This document shows, in pieces, positions 63,996 to 64,000 of a DNA stretch of 64,000 nt. Under the pieces are notes generated by a model that did no database searches, had not been told where the DNA came from, and saw nothing but the letters and a program-made list of their open reading frames with translations. The position numbers and the translations under genes are program-made. The first letter of the stretch is position 1. Every line of letters starts with the position of its first letter. Origin of the DNA: Lingula anatina (Eukaryota > Animalia > Brachiopoda); assembly GCA_051362555.1 (NCBI GenBank), contig CM120640.1:9238001-9302000 (forward strand), written 5' to 3'.

Positions 63996-64000
63996 GTATG

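Overview
AT-rich, intron-containing animal DNA (probably a marine invertebrate; inferred from gene structure and repeat types, species not identifiable). No prokaryotic genes, CRISPR arrays, rRNA or tRNA were found. The window holds two tandem pairs of 11-exon SLC22/MFS organic-ion transporter genes: A1 1330-8034 (with a +1 frameshift) and A2 11577-17815; B1 49397-55709 and B2 58757->64000. A decayed fifth SLC22 lies on the minus strand. Between the pairs, and not represented in the ORF track, is a tandem array of tiny 3-exon secreted-peptide precursor genes (signal peptide, then LFF/FLF/LFI, then GKR, spacer, KKR and a C-terminal peptide): three full copies plus an orphan first exon. A GPI-anchored Ly6/three-finger gene follows, then a 4x ~1.19-kb tandem amplification of the region directly upstream of SLC22 B1. 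Transposon content includes a Ngaro/DIRS-like relic with an intact SGNH hydrolase ORF, Tc1, Helentron-like HINEs with internal ~160-bp repeats, an L2/CR1 LINE split by a 1.64-kb foldback element, a Gypsy fragment and MITEs. All exon models were assembled by hand from GT-AG sites and paralog comparison, with no expression data.
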